Numbered from the stretch's first letter, positions 41,401-52,317 are shown. The stretch is DNA of 64,000 bases from an uncultured virus (IMG/VR IMGVR_UViG_3300033075_001165) (IMGVR_UViG_3300033075_001165), one strand, 5' to 3'. Numbers and translations: made by a program. The notes: generated from the sequence alone by a model not told the origin.

Positions 41401-42043
41401 TAAATATAATAAAGATTTAAAAGAAGCTGAAAACAGAACTCCGCAAGGTGGTGGCGATAAAGGTAAAAGCTGGAAAGCTTGGTCGCCGATGTTTGGAAAT
41501 TATTTAGGAAATGCTATTGAAACAGGAGCTTCATTAGCTCAAATAAAATTAGGGCGTGATGCTTTAAATAAAGCTGGAGCAAGACCCGTTGGAGAGATTG
41601 ACCCTTCGTTTCAAGCTAATGTAGACCGTGCTCATGCTCAAAGTAAATATGGTTTTACGGCAGAGCAAAACGCTTTAATTAATCAAGAGAATCAAAATGC
41701 TACAAACGCAGCAAGATTCGCGGCGCGCAATTATTCTGGCGGTAGTGGTGGTAATGCTTTCAACATGGAGCGCAGTGCTATTAATGAAGGTTGGGGTAGA
41801 GGATTACAAGCTAAAATAGCTAATACAAATTTAATGCTTGATAAACAACAATTAGACAATCAATTATCTTTACAAAAAGCAGAAATGAGTAGACAATTGT
41901 TTGAAGATAAAATGGATGCGTTTCAACAAAATCAACAAGCTGGAGCTTTACTTAAACAGACTGGCTGGAAAAATTTAATTGGAGCTACAAGATATGCAAG
42001 TGCTTTAAATAGTATTAATCAACAAAATCAATTAGGACAATAA
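38435..42043 (+). CDS. internal virion / ejection protein with M15-like peptidase domain
   Basis: 1202 aa, low complexity, repeated (Y/F)xxGG(K/E) motifs; RSLADQ...GLHGIGAARD...DPYHI. Confidence 0.65.
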   Translation: MKAPKIGYQDGGKTKKQLDYSKSKKVEKTPEQLISEGYKEEKKDGKTYYVKQGQSDTPKSETPRRVYPAPPKKSSTVGSGKPQLPRRTPPTTLPPTEKDFQDIVYIEDKVPPLVGVNTDIEAKGEEKRTALGTNAYMISYPDTKGGGGMSKATEVIFNNDPTIGKIGDQIIYDPVTGKPTFTGKSQKDFTSQNMGSIRLISNDVNKNSVDYQLSNSKNPVANIGDKMQETTAQGLNAPVIDKTEQGINTGLLDINTLPTTELKKRNAEIPVTSPKFKSGGKIMKAPKGIKVKGYLLGGEVEQEREEGYSRANPEQDRATAQLDANGNPILSNNTLPLSTGTEFKTQGDAPLSTTPTTALDDKSQPKQKTGSGFGSKLGSSLGWMQYANMAKEGALATVKKDTITDPTTGKDATGYKDFKGQATQVWATPTHEKIIDEAKKGNYGKALLSSDPLLGNAYAYSQLRKGNEKYNQALENIETQKKNEGAQTALGNALAARENGETGYSAVNPYRRDASIDEKKVKTKENALTRFGDALNFAKGGKIVGAGTPKSDSINAKIEDGSFVVPAENAKEAEIIRKVVLKKAPSVKAKLNQKGGENVKLSNGEHLFTPNEVSKIEASGIDLDRLAPDADNGNSFAGGGKTGNDSDYPKELDNKFDSLRQKTEEDLRKAFPDKEIKVVYKGKERSLADQKKQFDKGSSTTKFGLHGIGAARDFNIIINGRVLGNNKEDHKIYQDYLWKNAEKSGLYHLKKDEFGGTDPYHIGLVEEKGDGTAFKKLVEMYPEITKTKQFQNSLKELRDIKAKNPNDTTYDSFLNSVKDVKPEVKKEDSYTDDLSTIFKNNKLNTKTEDKFSTDSEKQKIESEKLSREKAISEKKASDKKLHEAAQNESNWNPDGTAKLNSNKGDVINGINNTAVASLKAPKGIKITNTPTPETQSQTEATVKQGENTTNVNDNESNYVNTWDRALINKANAPTATTEKAQTVNDPNLDKYNKDLKEAENRTPQGGGDKGKSWKAWSPMFGNYLGNAIETGASLAQIKLGRDALNKAGARPVGEIDPSFQANVDRAHAQSKYGFTAEQNALINQENQNATNAARFAARNYSGGSGGNAFNMERSAINEGWGRGLQAKIANTNLMLDKQQLDNQLSLQKAEMSRQLFEDKMDAFQQNQQAGALLKQTGWKNLIGATRYASALNSINQQNQLGQ

Positions 42044-42044
42044 T

Positions 42045-43550
42045 ATGGCAGAGTTTGGACAGGTTTTAGGCGACGCCGTAGATTTTCAGGCTGATGCCAG
42101 AATTAATGATTTATACCGTCAACAAGAGGGTTTAGCGAGAAAAAAATCTCAACTTGAAGCTGAGGCTAAAATGTTTGCGGATGATACTCGCTATCAAAAT
42201 GCAATGAATCCTTTTGACCATAAAAGAGTTAAAGAATATGCTCAATCAAAGATTTATGAATTAGGAGAATGGCAAAGACAAAATCCTAACTGGAAAATTG
42301 ACCCAACATTAAGGGCGCAATATCAAAACAGGGTTGATGATATTAAGAGTAATGAATATTCAATAAATGGAATGGCGTCTGATAGTAATTATAAGGCTTA
42401 TGTAAATGATTTACAAGAGGTATCAAAAAACCCTCAATTTCATGACGTTGGGGCTTATGATGAAATAGGAAAGCAGTGGCAAAATTATCAACAATATGGT
42501 AATCAAAATGGATTAGAGGCTGCTCAAAAAGAGGGTTATAAGCCATTTGTTTATATGAAGCCTAAAGACTTTGTTGATTTAAATGAAGTTTATAGGAAAA
42601 CAGGCAGTTCCATACAAGCTAAAGGTCTTGAATATTTAAATAATGGGAGGGATGGAGCTTTTAAAACTTTTGCAGAGCAAAAAGATTTACAAGCGGAAGC
42701 TGAGGCTATTTATGCTCAAAACAAAAGACAGTTAGATTTAGAATATACAGCTAAAGGAATAAATCCTGTTGAAGAAGTTATGAAAAAATTAGATGGGTAT
42801 GTGCCTATTAAATTTGATATTGGTGATAAAAACAGGTTAGGTGAAGAAATGGCACTTGCTAAATATAAACATAGTTTAGACCAAGCTTTAGCTAATCCGA
42901 ATGTTTCTCCTTATAAAGTAACGATTTTAGATACTGGTTATGCAAGACCTCCAGCTGAAAAATTAGCTAAGACTTTTGGTTCTACACCGAGACACACTTT
43001 ACCTGCTGGAAAAGATGGAGTGCCTATTGACAACACTGGAGATACTTTTTATTACGATGGAGATATTTTTGATAAGGGATATAGAGAAGATGGTAAATAT
43101 CAAAAAACAGGAGTAAAAACAGCGACTGGTTTTGCTAAAAAACCATTATCGTTTGGAGTTGAAGCTGGGTATCTTTATGACCCAACTGGATTAAGTGGCG
43201 ACCCTGCTTTAAAAAATACTGACTATTCAGATTATGAAATTAGACCTGAATATAAAAAATTTGTGTCTTTTATAGATTCTCCTATTGATAAAAAAGGAAA
43301 TACTACTAAGGTTTTAAAAGTTAAATCAAGAGTTGATATAAATGCTAACGAGCCGTCATATTTAGCGGAATGGGATAAGAGTATCCTAACCACTAAACAG
43401 CGTGATGGTATTGGTGTTTCTCAAAATCCATTAGGAACTGGAAGCGGTGCAAAAAATCCACAAGGAGCGCCATTGGGGTCAATAGTAACAAATAAAAAAA
43501 CAGGAACTAAATATCGTGCCGTTGAAGGCGGATGGGAAGTTATAAGATAA
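42045..43550 (+). CDS. putative ejection protein
   Basis: 501 aa, helical; between two large internal-virion genes. Confidence 0.55.
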   Translation: MAEFGQVLGDAVDFQADARINDLYRQQEGLARKKSQLEAEAKMFADDTRYQNAMNPFDHKRVKEYAQSKIYELGEWQRQNPNWKIDPTLRAQYQNRVDDIKSNEYSINGMASDSNYKAYVNDLQEVSKNPQFHDVGAYDEIGKQWQNYQQYGNQNGLEAAQKEGYKPFVYMKPKDFVDLNEVYRKTGSSIQAKGLEYLNNGRDGAFKTFAEQKDLQAEAEAIYAQNKRQLDLEYTAKGINPVEEVMKKLDGYVPIKFDIGDKNRLGEEMALAKYKHSLDQALANPNVSPYKVTILDTGYARPPAEKLAKTFGSTPRHTLPAGKDGVPIDNTGDTFYYDGDIFDKGYREDGKYQKTGVKTATGFAKKPLSFGVEAGYLYDPTGLSGDPALKNTDYSDYEIRPEYKKFVSFIDSPIDKKGNTTKVLKVKSRVDINANEPSYLAEWDKSILTTKQRDGIGVSQNPLGTGSGAKNPQGAPLGSIVTNKKTGTKYRAVEGGWEVIR

Positions 43551-43553
43551 TCT

Positions 43554-46500
43554 ATGAGCAAAAAAGACGTTTTAAGAGAGTTGCCTCAAGGAGATTATGA
43601 AGTAACTCCCCCTGTTGGAGGTGAGCCTAAGCAGTTATTAAAAGAATTGCCAAAAGGTGACTATGAAATTCAACAACCTAAATCTGAAATTCCTTTTATT
43701 ACTAATTTTGGTTCAGAAGGATTAGACACTGGTGGTGATAATAAGTTTGAGGAAATTATAAACAACATCCCCGACTTAGATGACAGTAAAAAAGAAACTA
43801 TAAGGGATTTAGCTAAACGTGGTGTTAAGGGAGAAGAATTAAGTAATTCAATATTAACATTACAAGGCAAACACCCCCGTCAAGACGGTGGCTTTAAATA
43901 TTATTTAAATGATAAAGGATTACCAACACCTTTAAAGAATAACGAACGCCCTCCAGTTGGTCACGAAGTGGCAAGTATTTGGGGAAGTCAAAAGGATGCT
44001 AATGATGATGCTTGGTATACAGATTTAGCAAAGACTGTTTATAACGTATTACCAGCAACGGCTGAAAATGTTGTTGATTTAGTTCAAACTGTATATGAGG
44101 CAGTAACAGATAAAGAAAGTGAAAATTTAAACTCTCTTAAAAACGCAGCTAATTATTTGAAGTTTTCTAAAGACGAAGATTTAAACAAATCAATGTTTAA
44201 CACTCAAGGCATAGATGAGTGGGGAGATTTGCTTGACACCAAACGATTAGATTTTACGCCCGATGCTATTTGGGGAACTGTTAATGGTTTACTCGGAAGT
44301 ATAGGAGAATTCGTAATAGCTGGCTCAGGAGCTTCTAAAGTAGCTAAAGGAGTAACTGGTATTAATGAATTAACAAAAGGCGCTCAAATCGCTTCTAATG
44401 CAGTAGCTTCTACTTTAACCAACTTAGGCGAGGTTAGAGATGCTGCAACTGAGATTGGATTAACAGGACGTGATAGAGCGTTATTTACCGCAGCCGTAGC
44501 TCCAATTATTTCGGCAGTTGATGTTAAATGGGGATTAGCTCCAAAGATATTTGGTAACACAGTAGCTCAGGAAGAAAAGAACGCGTTCCTAAAAGCATTA
44601 GGTAAAGCTATTCCGAGAGACGCTGAGGGCAATATTACAAAAGAAGGGGTACAGGAGCTTGCTAAAGTAACAACGACTGGTTATACACAAGTGGCTAAAA
44701 AACTTGGTCAATTAACAGCAGGCGATGTTTTACAAGAAGGTAGTCAAGAAGCTACACAACAATTTATACAAAACGCTGGCGAACAATTATGGGATAAATT
44801 AACGCCTGATGAAAAAAAGAAATTTGGCACAGATGCTTTTAGCCCCGAATCATTTGCTGAATACATACAAAATGGTTTAGCTGGATTAGTAGGTGGAGCG
44901 CCAACGGCATTTGCTTATAACAAAGCTAAGGCAGTAGCTAAACAAGAGAATCAGAATAACAGTGCTTTTGAGGTGGCTAAAGGCGGAGAAGAAGCTTATA
45001 ATGCTTTTAAGGGTAATGTTGATTTAGCAGTTAAGAATGGTAACATGACTAAAGAGGAAGCCGATAATGCTCTTTTGAAAGTTAACACTTACAAACAATA
45101 TTACGACCAGACTAAGGATACTAAGCTGAATGATGAACAAAAGAAAACGGTTTTTGGGCTGACATTTGAGAAGGCTAATTTAGAATCTCAAATACCAACT
45201 GAATATGAAGAAAATAAATTGAATGCTATTGAACAAGCTAAAATTAGCATTAAGAAAAAAGAGGCTAAGGATATTCAAAGTGAAATTGATAAAATTTTAT
45301 TGGCTGATGAGCTTTTAAGAAAAGATACAGTATCGGCTAAAAAAACTATTGAAGAAGTAGATAAACATTTAACCCCTGAAAAACCAAAAGAAGGAGCTCC
45401 TAAAATGTCAGGTAGCTTAAAAGAATTATATGAAAGACACGCTGGGGAATTAGGTAGTCTTGAAGAAAAACCAGTTAAGAAAGAAAAGAAACCCGAAGTA
45501 GTTGAAACAAGAACATTTGAAGAAATTCCTTTTGCAGATTGGAATCAAAAAAGAGATAGTCAAAAGTTTAAAGTATTGTCGGAACATTTAGATACAACAA
45601 ATACTACACAAACTGGTGAACTTAAATTAATGAAGGGCGGAGAAGGTGAGATTACTAACGATACGGTACACATCAAATTACCTAACAATAAATGGGTGAT
45701 ACTTGCGTCTTCTGCTACTGATAGTAAAACAAAACTTCGCGGACACTTACATATTGAAAACTTGCCAAAAGATTTTGACGGGCATAAGGTTGTAATTAAA
45801 CCAACCCGATTAACAACTGGACGAATTGTACTCCCTGTATATAATGCTGAAACTGGAAAACATGTAGGGTATGTACGTGAAGACAACACAGGAAAAGCTA
45901 ATGAAAAACTATTTGCTAAAAGGGCTGAAAAAATTGGGGCTGATGAAGCTGCTAAAATTCAGGATAAGGAAATAGAGGAACTTCAACATTTAAAAACAGT
46001 TAAACTAACTAAAAATGAAATCGAAGCAACCAACCGACCTATTAGTGAAAATCAACCAAGCGTTAAAGAAACTACACAAGAAGTTGAAAAAACGCAACCT
46101 AAAACAAAAGAAATCGTAGAACCGACTTCGAAAGAAGAATTTATTGCCGATAGACTCGAAGCATTAAAAGCTAACGAGGATGCTGATTATGACCCTTCTT
46201 TAGAGCCGCTATATACTAAAGCATTTGGAGAACAATATGACAAACAAAACAGACCAGCAGAAGGGGATACCATTACACAAGAGGAATCTACCGCCAGAGA
46301 CAATAAAGAAATTTCTGGAGAAGTCAAGGAAGTTAGCTCTAAAAAGCCACGAACAATCCGAAAAGGCACAAAACGAGCCAACCAAAAAATAACTGACCCT
46401 ATAAGGGTTAAAGCCTTAGAAATTGAATCTGACAAGCCTTATGATATTGTAGAGCAATATTTCATTAAGAATGGTTCGATTAAATTTGGCGAGATTTATA

Positions 46501-49500
46501 AGTTATTTAAAGGGAGCAAAAAGGAATCTAATAAAAGATTTAGTTTACAAAATAATAACGCCCCTACTTTAAAAGCATTGGCGGATGATTTATGGACATC
46601 TTATAGCGACTTAGGCTATGGAGATAGATATACATCAATGGACTTCTATAACGCAATTGAAGAGGTTTTAAATAACTTCCATTCTCGTACAGATATGGCT
46701 CAGGATTTAGTGAGCCGATGGGAAGTAAAAATTGACCCACGTGAACAAATTATTTCTGATGAGTTAAGTATATCTGAAAAACAAGGGGTTGAAGAAGAGG
46801 TGGGAAATATTATTGATGAAGCTGAGAAACTTGGGAACGATGAGATTTCTAATCTTGCCGACAATCAAGATGAATTTGATGTTTGGGGAAATAAGATACA
46901 AGATATAATTAGACGTGATGATATTGATGATGTTAATGAAGTGTTTCAAAAAGAAGGTAAGGGCACTAAGACTGATTTAAACACTGTTATTGATAGAATT
47001 AAAGAAGTGATGCCTAATATAAATGTTGTTATTGACGAAACTTTAGAAGGTTCAGGCAAATGGACTCCAAAGACAAGCACATTAACAATTAATCCAAATA
47101 AAGCCACTAAAGATACTCCTATTCATGAAGCTGGGCATATTTTAATAGATGCTATGGGAGGCATGAATAATAGTGTTATAAAGAAAGCTACTGACCAACT
47201 TCGTAATACAGAATTATGGAAAGAGATTTCTGAATTAGAGGCTTATCAAATAACTGAAGAGTTTACAGAAAACGATTTAGCTATGGAAGTATTAGCTGAG
47301 GCTATCGGGCGTGAGGGTGAGGGTATATTTGATGATAAGGTGCAAGAAAGTAGATTTAAAACATATCTACAATATATTTTTGATTGGTTAAAACGTAACT
47401 TAGGATTAGAGAAGAATATCGCTAAGAATTTAGCAAAACAAATTATCGGCGGGATTCGTACAAAACAAATTAAAGGTGTTGGTACAAAAGAGCAAAAACA
47501 AGATACAACTAAAAAGAAGTTTAAGCCCTTTGAAGAAAAATCCCGTGAACAACAAATTAAAGCTTTAACATTATCTTTTGAGCAGTATAGCGAACGGGCA
47601 CTAAAATATGACCCAATTGCTGATGCTGATTATATTAATGAAGTGAATGATAGATTAGAAAACGAGGAACTTACAGAAAGAGAAAGAGATATTTGGGAAG
47701 CGGTTAAAGCAGAATTACAAGCAAGAAAAAAAGAAGCTTTAAAAGCTTGGTTTCAATATCGTGAAGATATGAAGGAGGGAGTAGATATTAAAGAAGAAGC
47801 CCGCGAATTAGAAGATGCTTTTAAATCAAAAGAAATAACTGAAGAAGAATTTAACGAAGGTTTAATTGAGCTTTATAACAGAATAAGCGGATTCCAAAAA
47901 TTTGCCCGCGAAACTGCCGAGAAAAACATTATGAATACGCTTGCGTATAGAATGTTTAGACTTGGTAAAGAGAACGCTAAAAAGAATGAGCATTTTGTTG
48001 AGGAAGTGGCTAATAAGGCGGATGTTGGTAAGCTTGCTGTTAAACTAATGAACTTAGGTCATGCCAGCGAAAAAATTCCTGAATTACAAGTATTTAGTAA
48101 GGATGTTTTTGAACCCGCAGTAATGGATATGACCACCGAAACTCGAGAAAAAAAGAATACTTATGAGAAGTTGGGCACGGCGGTTATTAAAGAAGCAAAT
48201 AAGAAATTAGGAATTAAAGGGAAAGCTCAATCTTTATACAGTTCCGATAGTGCTAAGTATTTTGATTACATGGATGACGGAGAAGGGAATCTAATTACAG
48301 TGTCGCAAGCTGAAGCTAAAGGGTTAAGTGATGCTCAAATTAATTTTCTTAAATATCAGCGCGAATTAATTGCTGAAATGCAAGGGATGATAAATGACCC
48401 CGCTGTCTATAATATGCCAATGCAGGTGCTTAAAATCGACCCTACATTTCAGGAAGCTTATAAGGCGGATGGTATCTTACAGGCGTTTAGTAATTTCTTA
48501 GGTACAAGTTATAACATTAAACAAGTTAGAATAGAATATACAAACCCAAATACTGGTAAATCAGAAACAACTGAATTTGGTAATATAGAAAAAGAACTTT
48601 TGAATTATGGTAAAAAGGGCGTTAAGGAACGTGCTAAAGCATTAGTTTTACTTCTTAAATACAATCTTAAAGCTAAACGCCAATTAAGAAAAGGGGTTAA
48701 TGCTGATAATACAGAAAATCCTTTATTAATTAAGAATAATAGTCAGTATTCATTAGATTATAATGGAAAGCTATCCAGTAAATTTGATAAACCGCGCGAT
48801 AAGAATAGAGGTTATTCTAAGGATTTTTACAGGGCTGGTATTGAGTTTATAGATGATATGCTCCATGTAAAACACATGAGTAAATTAGTGCCTATAATCA
48901 ATTCTATTGAGCATTTAAACAAAGAAGGGTACTTAGAACATGAAGCCAAGCCCAATGTGGCTAAATGGGTGCAAGAATGGAGGGATTTACATTTATTCAA
49001 GAATCCTGTTGAAACAACTCCTGAAATAGATGTTGCATTAAGATTTATCAGAAATTTAACATCAGCTACAACAATGATGTATAACATCCCAGCTTCTGCT
49101 TTAAACTTATTTATGGGTATCTACAATAACTGGCGGGCAGAGAATACGGAGAAAATGGTAACGGGTCATGCAAGATTATTTGGCAAGCTTAGTAAACATA
49201 AACCAACTAAAGATTATGCTTTTGGTACAATTAACCCATACGCTATTGATATTTTAAGAAAGTTTCATGTAGTGTCTACTGACCTTGATTCTAATCCTAA
49301 AACTAATGTAGCTAAATTCTTTACTGAGCTTGGTCACGCTTTAACACGATATGGTGAGTTTCAAATTCAAGGCTCTATGTTTTTAGGACTTATGACTAAA
49401 GAAGAATATGATAGCTTTGAATATAAAAAGAATAAGCAAGGAATTGATGAATTAGTATTTAAGGATAATATTAGTAAAGAAAAACAAAAAGAATTAAAGG

Positions 49501-50129
49501 ATAAATTTATCGCTTATAAAAATAGAGTTTCAGATATTCAAGGTAAGTATAACGAAAAAGACCGCCGTAATATTATGAATGGTGAGCTTGGTAAGGCTGC
49601 GTTTCAATTCAAGGTTTGGATGCCAGATTGGTTTAAGGAACGCTTTGGAGGACGTTATATTGATGCTAATGGTAAAACAAGAGAAGGTAGTTGGACAACT
49701 GTATTTAACGGCGGATTAAGTGAGCTTAGAAAACAAATAAAAAGCAAAGGGTTTAAGAATACTTTTTTAACTAATGAAGAAAATAAGAGTTTAGAAGCTA
49801 AAAATATATTATCTAATATTAAAGGATTGATGATGGTAGCATTCTTTTGGGCGCTTGCTCATCAAGATAGTGATGACGATAAAAAGCGTAAAACAGCTTT
49901 AGATGCTCAAAATGCTTTATCTCAAATGTTATTTATATTTGACCCTAACACATTAAAGTGGACAGTTACAAGACCAGTAGCGGCTTTAGGGACTGTTGAA
50001 AAAATGATTAATGTAGTGGAAGATATTAAGAATCATGAAGCTAAGAAGGCTGGCAAGGATATTATGAAATTAGTGCCCGCTAATAAAGTTTTAAAAATTA
50101 AGGAAACGGTTGAAGATTTAACAAAATAA
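43554..50129 (+). CDS. large internal virion / ejection protein with HExxH motif
   Basis: 2191 aa; DTPIHEAGH...EVLAEAIG zincin-like motif near 47120. Confidence 0.65.
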   Translation: MSKKDVLRELPQGDYEVTPPVGGEPKQLLKELPKGDYEIQQPKSEIPFITNFGSEGLDTGGDNKFEEIINNIPDLDDSKKETIRDLAKRGVKGEELSNSILTLQGKHPRQDGGFKYYLNDKGLPTPLKNNERPPVGHEVASIWGSQKDANDDAWYTDLAKTVYNVLPATAENVVDLVQTVYEAVTDKESENLNSLKNAANYLKFSKDEDLNKSMFNTQGIDEWGDLLDTKRLDFTPDAIWGTVNGLLGSIGEFVIAGSGASKVAKGVTGINELTKGAQIASNAVASTLTNLGEVRDAATEIGLTGRDRALFTAAVAPIISAVDVKWGLAPKIFGNTVAQEEKNAFLKALGKAIPRDAEGNITKEGVQELAKVTTTGYTQVAKKLGQLTAGDVLQEGSQEATQQFIQNAGEQLWDKLTPDEKKKFGTDAFSPESFAEYIQNGLAGLVGGAPTAFAYNKAKAVAKQENQNNSAFEVAKGGEEAYNAFKGNVDLAVKNGNMTKEEADNALLKVNTYKQYYDQTKDTKLNDEQKKTVFGLTFEKANLESQIPTEYEENKLNAIEQAKISIKKKEAKDIQSEIDKILLADELLRKDTVSAKKTIEEVDKHLTPEKPKEGAPKMSGSLKELYERHAGELGSLEEKPVKKEKKPEVVETRTFEEIPFADWNQKRDSQKFKVLSEHLDTTNTTQTGELKLMKGGEGEITNDTVHIKLPNNKWVILASSATDSKTKLRGHLHIENLPKDFDGHKVVIKPTRLTTGRIVLPVYNAETGKHVGYVREDNTGKANEKLFAKRAEKIGADEAAKIQDKEIEELQHLKTVKLTKNEIEATNRPISENQPSVKETTQEVEKTQPKTKEIVEPTSKEEFIADRLEALKANEDADYDPSLEPLYTKAFGEQYDKQNRPAEGDTITQEESTARDNKEISGEVKEVSSKKPRTIRKGTKRANQKITDPIRVKALEIESDKPYDIVEQYFIKNGSIKFGEIYKLFKGSKKESNKRFSLQNNNAPTLKALADDLWTSYSDLGYGDRYTSMDFYNAIEEVLNNFHSRTDMAQDLVSRWEVKIDPREQIISDELSISEKQGVEEEVGNIIDEAEKLGNDEISNLADNQDEFDVWGNKIQDIIRRDDIDDVNEVFQKEGKGTKTDLNTVIDRIKEVMPNINVVIDETLEGSGKWTPKTSTLTINPNKATKDTPIHEAGHILIDAMGGMNNSVIKKATDQLRNTELWKEISELEAYQITEEFTENDLAMEVLAEAIGREGEGIFDDKVQESRFKTYLQYIFDWLKRNLGLEKNIAKNLAKQIIGGIRTKQIKGVGTKEQKQDTTKKKFKPFEEKSREQQIKALTLSFEQYSERALKYDPIADADYINEVNDRLENEELTERERDIWEAVKAELQARKKEALKAWFQYREDMKEGVDIKEEARELEDAFKSKEITEEEFNEGLIELYNRISGFQKFARETAEKNIMNTLAYRMFRLGKENAKKNEHFVEEVANKADVGKLAVKLMNLGHASEKIPELQVFSKDVFEPAVMDMTTETREKKNTYEKLGTAVIKEANKKLGIKGKAQSLYSSDSAKYFDYMDDGEGNLITVSQAEAKGLSDAQINFLKYQRELIAEMQGMINDPAVYNMPMQVLKIDPTFQEAYKADGILQAFSNFLGTSYNIKQVRIEYTNPNTGKSETTEFGNIEKELLNYGKKGVKERAKALVLLLKYNLKAKRQLRKGVNADNTENPLLIKNNSQYSLDYNGKLSSKFDKPRDKNRGYSKDFYRAGIEFIDDMLHVKHMSKLVPIINSIEHLNKEGYLEHEAKPNVAKWVQEWRDLHLFKNPVETTPEIDVALRFIRNLTSATTMMYNIPASALNLFMGIYNNWRAENTEKMVTGHARLFGKLSKHKPTKDYAFGTINPYAIDILRKFHVVSTDLDSNPKTNVAKFFTELGHALTRYGEFQIQGSMFLGLMTKEEYDSFEYKKNKQGIDELVFKDNISKEKQKELKDKFIAYKNRVSDIQGKYNEKDRRNIMNGELGKAAFQFKVWMPDWFKERFGGRYIDANGKTREGSWTTVFNGGLSELRKQIKSKGFKNTFLTNEENKSLEAKNILSNIKGLMMVAFFWALAHQDSDDDKKRKTALDAQNALSQMLFIFDPNTLKWTVTRPVAALGTVEKMINVVEDIKNHEAKKAGKDIMKLVPANKVLKIKETVEDLTK

Positions 50130-50158
50130 TTAATATATTTACCCTAAAATTTAACTAA

Positions 50159-50782
50159 ATGTCAGCTCCTTCAATAAGTCCCGATGTTACCACAAACACT
50201 ACATGTGATGGATTAACATTCAATGATACTACAGTATATACTGGCACAGATATTACAACGGCTCAAGTGACAAGTGCTACTATTAGATTGGCATATTCGT
50301 CTCTTGATACAGCTATACAATATGTGTTTACAATATCAAGTAACGTTGTTACGGCAGTTACGCTGGCGGTATCTTCAAACGAGCCAGTTGATATTTCATC
50401 TTACATAGGTGATACTATTAGTGATGCGTTTCCATTTGTAGATTTCGATTTATCGGGCGATTATGGTGTAACTATTCCAGCAGTAGAAGACGGCGTTTAT
50501 TATACAACTTATCGTGTGCAAGGTAATAACGGTTCTCCTTTTAGTTATACTGGTACTCAGCAAGTATTAATTTCTTGCGCAGCGTGTTGTTGTGTGGCTG
50601 GATTATTTGCTAATTTGGATGCAAATTGCGGCTGTAGTGATAAGGCGTGGATGAAAGCTATGCGTGCTCAGGCGTATTTAAACGCTTCAAGATTTGCAAC
50701 TGATGTTGGTGATGTAGATAATGCAGTGGCGGCTTTAAATTTGGCTACAGGGATTTGCGAAGGAAACTGTAATTGTGGATAG
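50159..50782 (+). CDS. Cys-rich putative structural protein
   Basis: 207 aa; Cys-rich C-terminus. Confidence 0.6.
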   Translation: MSAPSISPDVTTNTTCDGLTFNDTTVYTGTDITTAQVTSATIRLAYSSLDTAIQYVFTISSNVVTAVTLAVSSNEPVDISSYIGDTISDAFPFVDFDLSGDYGVTIPAVEDGVYYTTYRVQGNNGSPFSYTGTQQVLISCAACCCVAGLFANLDANCGCSDKAWMKAMRAQAYLNASRFATDVGDVDNAVAALNLATGICEGNCNCG

Positions 50783-50783
50783 T

Positions 50784-51524
50784 ATGAAAAAAGGATATAT
50801 ATACTCTTTAAATGACCCTATTACAGATATTCCAAGATATATTGGATGGAGTGGTCAATTGGAAGCGAGATATAAACGTCATTGTAATACTAAAGAAAAA
50901 ACCCATAAAGGGCATTGGATAAGAAAACTTAAATCCGAAGGACTTAAACCGAATTTAGAAATTATTGATGAGGTGAATATTGAAGAGTGTGCTTTTTGGG
51001 AACAACACTATATTAGCCTTTATAAATCTTGGAATTTTAAATTAGTTAATTCATCTTTTGGAGGAGAGGGGACGATAGGATATAATATGCCTTCTTGGGT
51101 TAAAGATAAAATTGTAAAAACTAAAAGAGAAAATGGTACTTTTGAAATTGCTTCTAAAAAAGCGGCGGAAACATGGTTGAAAAATCCGAGAAGATTGTTA
51201 GTTTTAAAAGAGGTTGCTATAAAAAATAAGGAAAACGGCACGTATGAATTAGCTCGAGAAAGAATGCGAACTGATAAAAATCCAGGAAAAAAACAAATGA
51301 AACCTGTTTTACAATACGATTTTGATGGAACGTTTATTAAAGAATGGGAATCAGGAGCAGGCGCTGGTAAAAAACTTAATATATCAAGGGAGCGCATAGG
51401 AAGAAATTGTAGGAATATATTAAAAACAGCTGGTGGATTTCAGTGGAAATATAAAACAAATGAAATTATATACAATATAAGTCCAATTGTAGCAAAAAGG
51501 TCTTTAAGATTTAAAAAATTATAA
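50784..51524 (+). mobile_element. free-standing GIY-YIG homing endonuclease with NUMOD1-like C-terminus
   Basis: GYIY...RYIG, H, E and N motifs; KPVLQYDFDG..IKEWES...TAGGFQWKY. Confidence 0.85.
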
Positions 51525-51543
51525 AACTTTAAAATAAAATATT

Positions 51544-52038
51544 ATGTGTTTAAATAATTGCAATTGCGTAACAAGAATAGTATCAACTCGGGGTGCTACG
51601 GGGGCTACGGGAGCGACTGGCGCAACGGGAGCTACAGGTGCAACTGGGGCTACGGGAAGTCCACCTCCAACTTATTATACCTATCAAGGGTATTCATCAA
51701 CTAATGATATTTACGCTGGTGGTAGTGGATATTTATATCAAGTTTCTGGGGGATTACCAGCTGGAACTAATGTAGTTTATGATATTATGTTTAATATTTC
51801 ATCAACGGCAGCAAGAACTGTAACTTTATATCCAGTAGTTAACGGAACGCCAGATACAACATATCAAGTGGTTGTTACTATGCCAGCTCCTGTAGGTGGT
51901 GTTAGTAGTATTAATGTTCCTATGTCTGGATTTGCGGCTTATGCAACTGGCAATTCTTTTAAAATAATGGTTATGGCTGATAGTGGAACGGGAACTCCTG
52001 TATTAAAAACGGTGATGGGTCATTATTATGTTATTTAG
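51544..52038 (+). CDS. collagen-like repeat protein
   Basis: (Gly-Ala-Thr)x7 at ~51590-51655 followed by a beta-rich domain. Confidence 0.75.
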   Translation: MCLNNCNCVTRIVSTRGATGATGATGATGATGATGATGSPPPTYYTYQGYSSTNDIYAGGSGYLYQVSGGLPAGTNVVYDIMFNISSTAARTVTLYPVVNGTPDTTYQVVVTMPAPVGGVSSINVPMSGFAAYATGNSFKIMVMADSGTGTPVLKTVMGHYYVI

Positions 52039-52317
52039 ATGTTAGTAGCTGACGATATATTTTTAACGGTTTTAAGAGCCAAATGCACTGCGGGATGTTG
52101 GGCAAAGCAATTGTCTGATAGATTTTATTCTGGTGATAATATCACTTGTGATGAGAAGAAATTCATGCTTTTAACACAATGGATATTAATTATGGAAGGG
52201 TATTATTGTGATAATTATGATACAAATAATTCGCAGATAACCCCCGACTATCCATGTTTAACCGAAACCCAAGCAGAACAATTATTAGCTAAAATTAAGA
52301 TAATGATAGGTATTTAG
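52039..52317 (+). CDS. hypothetical protein
   Basis: last ORF of the plus-strand arm. Confidence 0.6.
   Translation: MLVADDIFLTVLRAKCTAGCWAKQLSDRFYSGDNITCDEKKFMLLTQWILIMEGYYCDNYDTNNSQITPDYPCLTETQAEQLLAKIKIMIGI

Noticed and set aside
50775..51524. Group I intron around the GIY-YIG gene
   Set aside because: Flanking genes look complete and there is no room for a ribozyme core; treated as free-standing.
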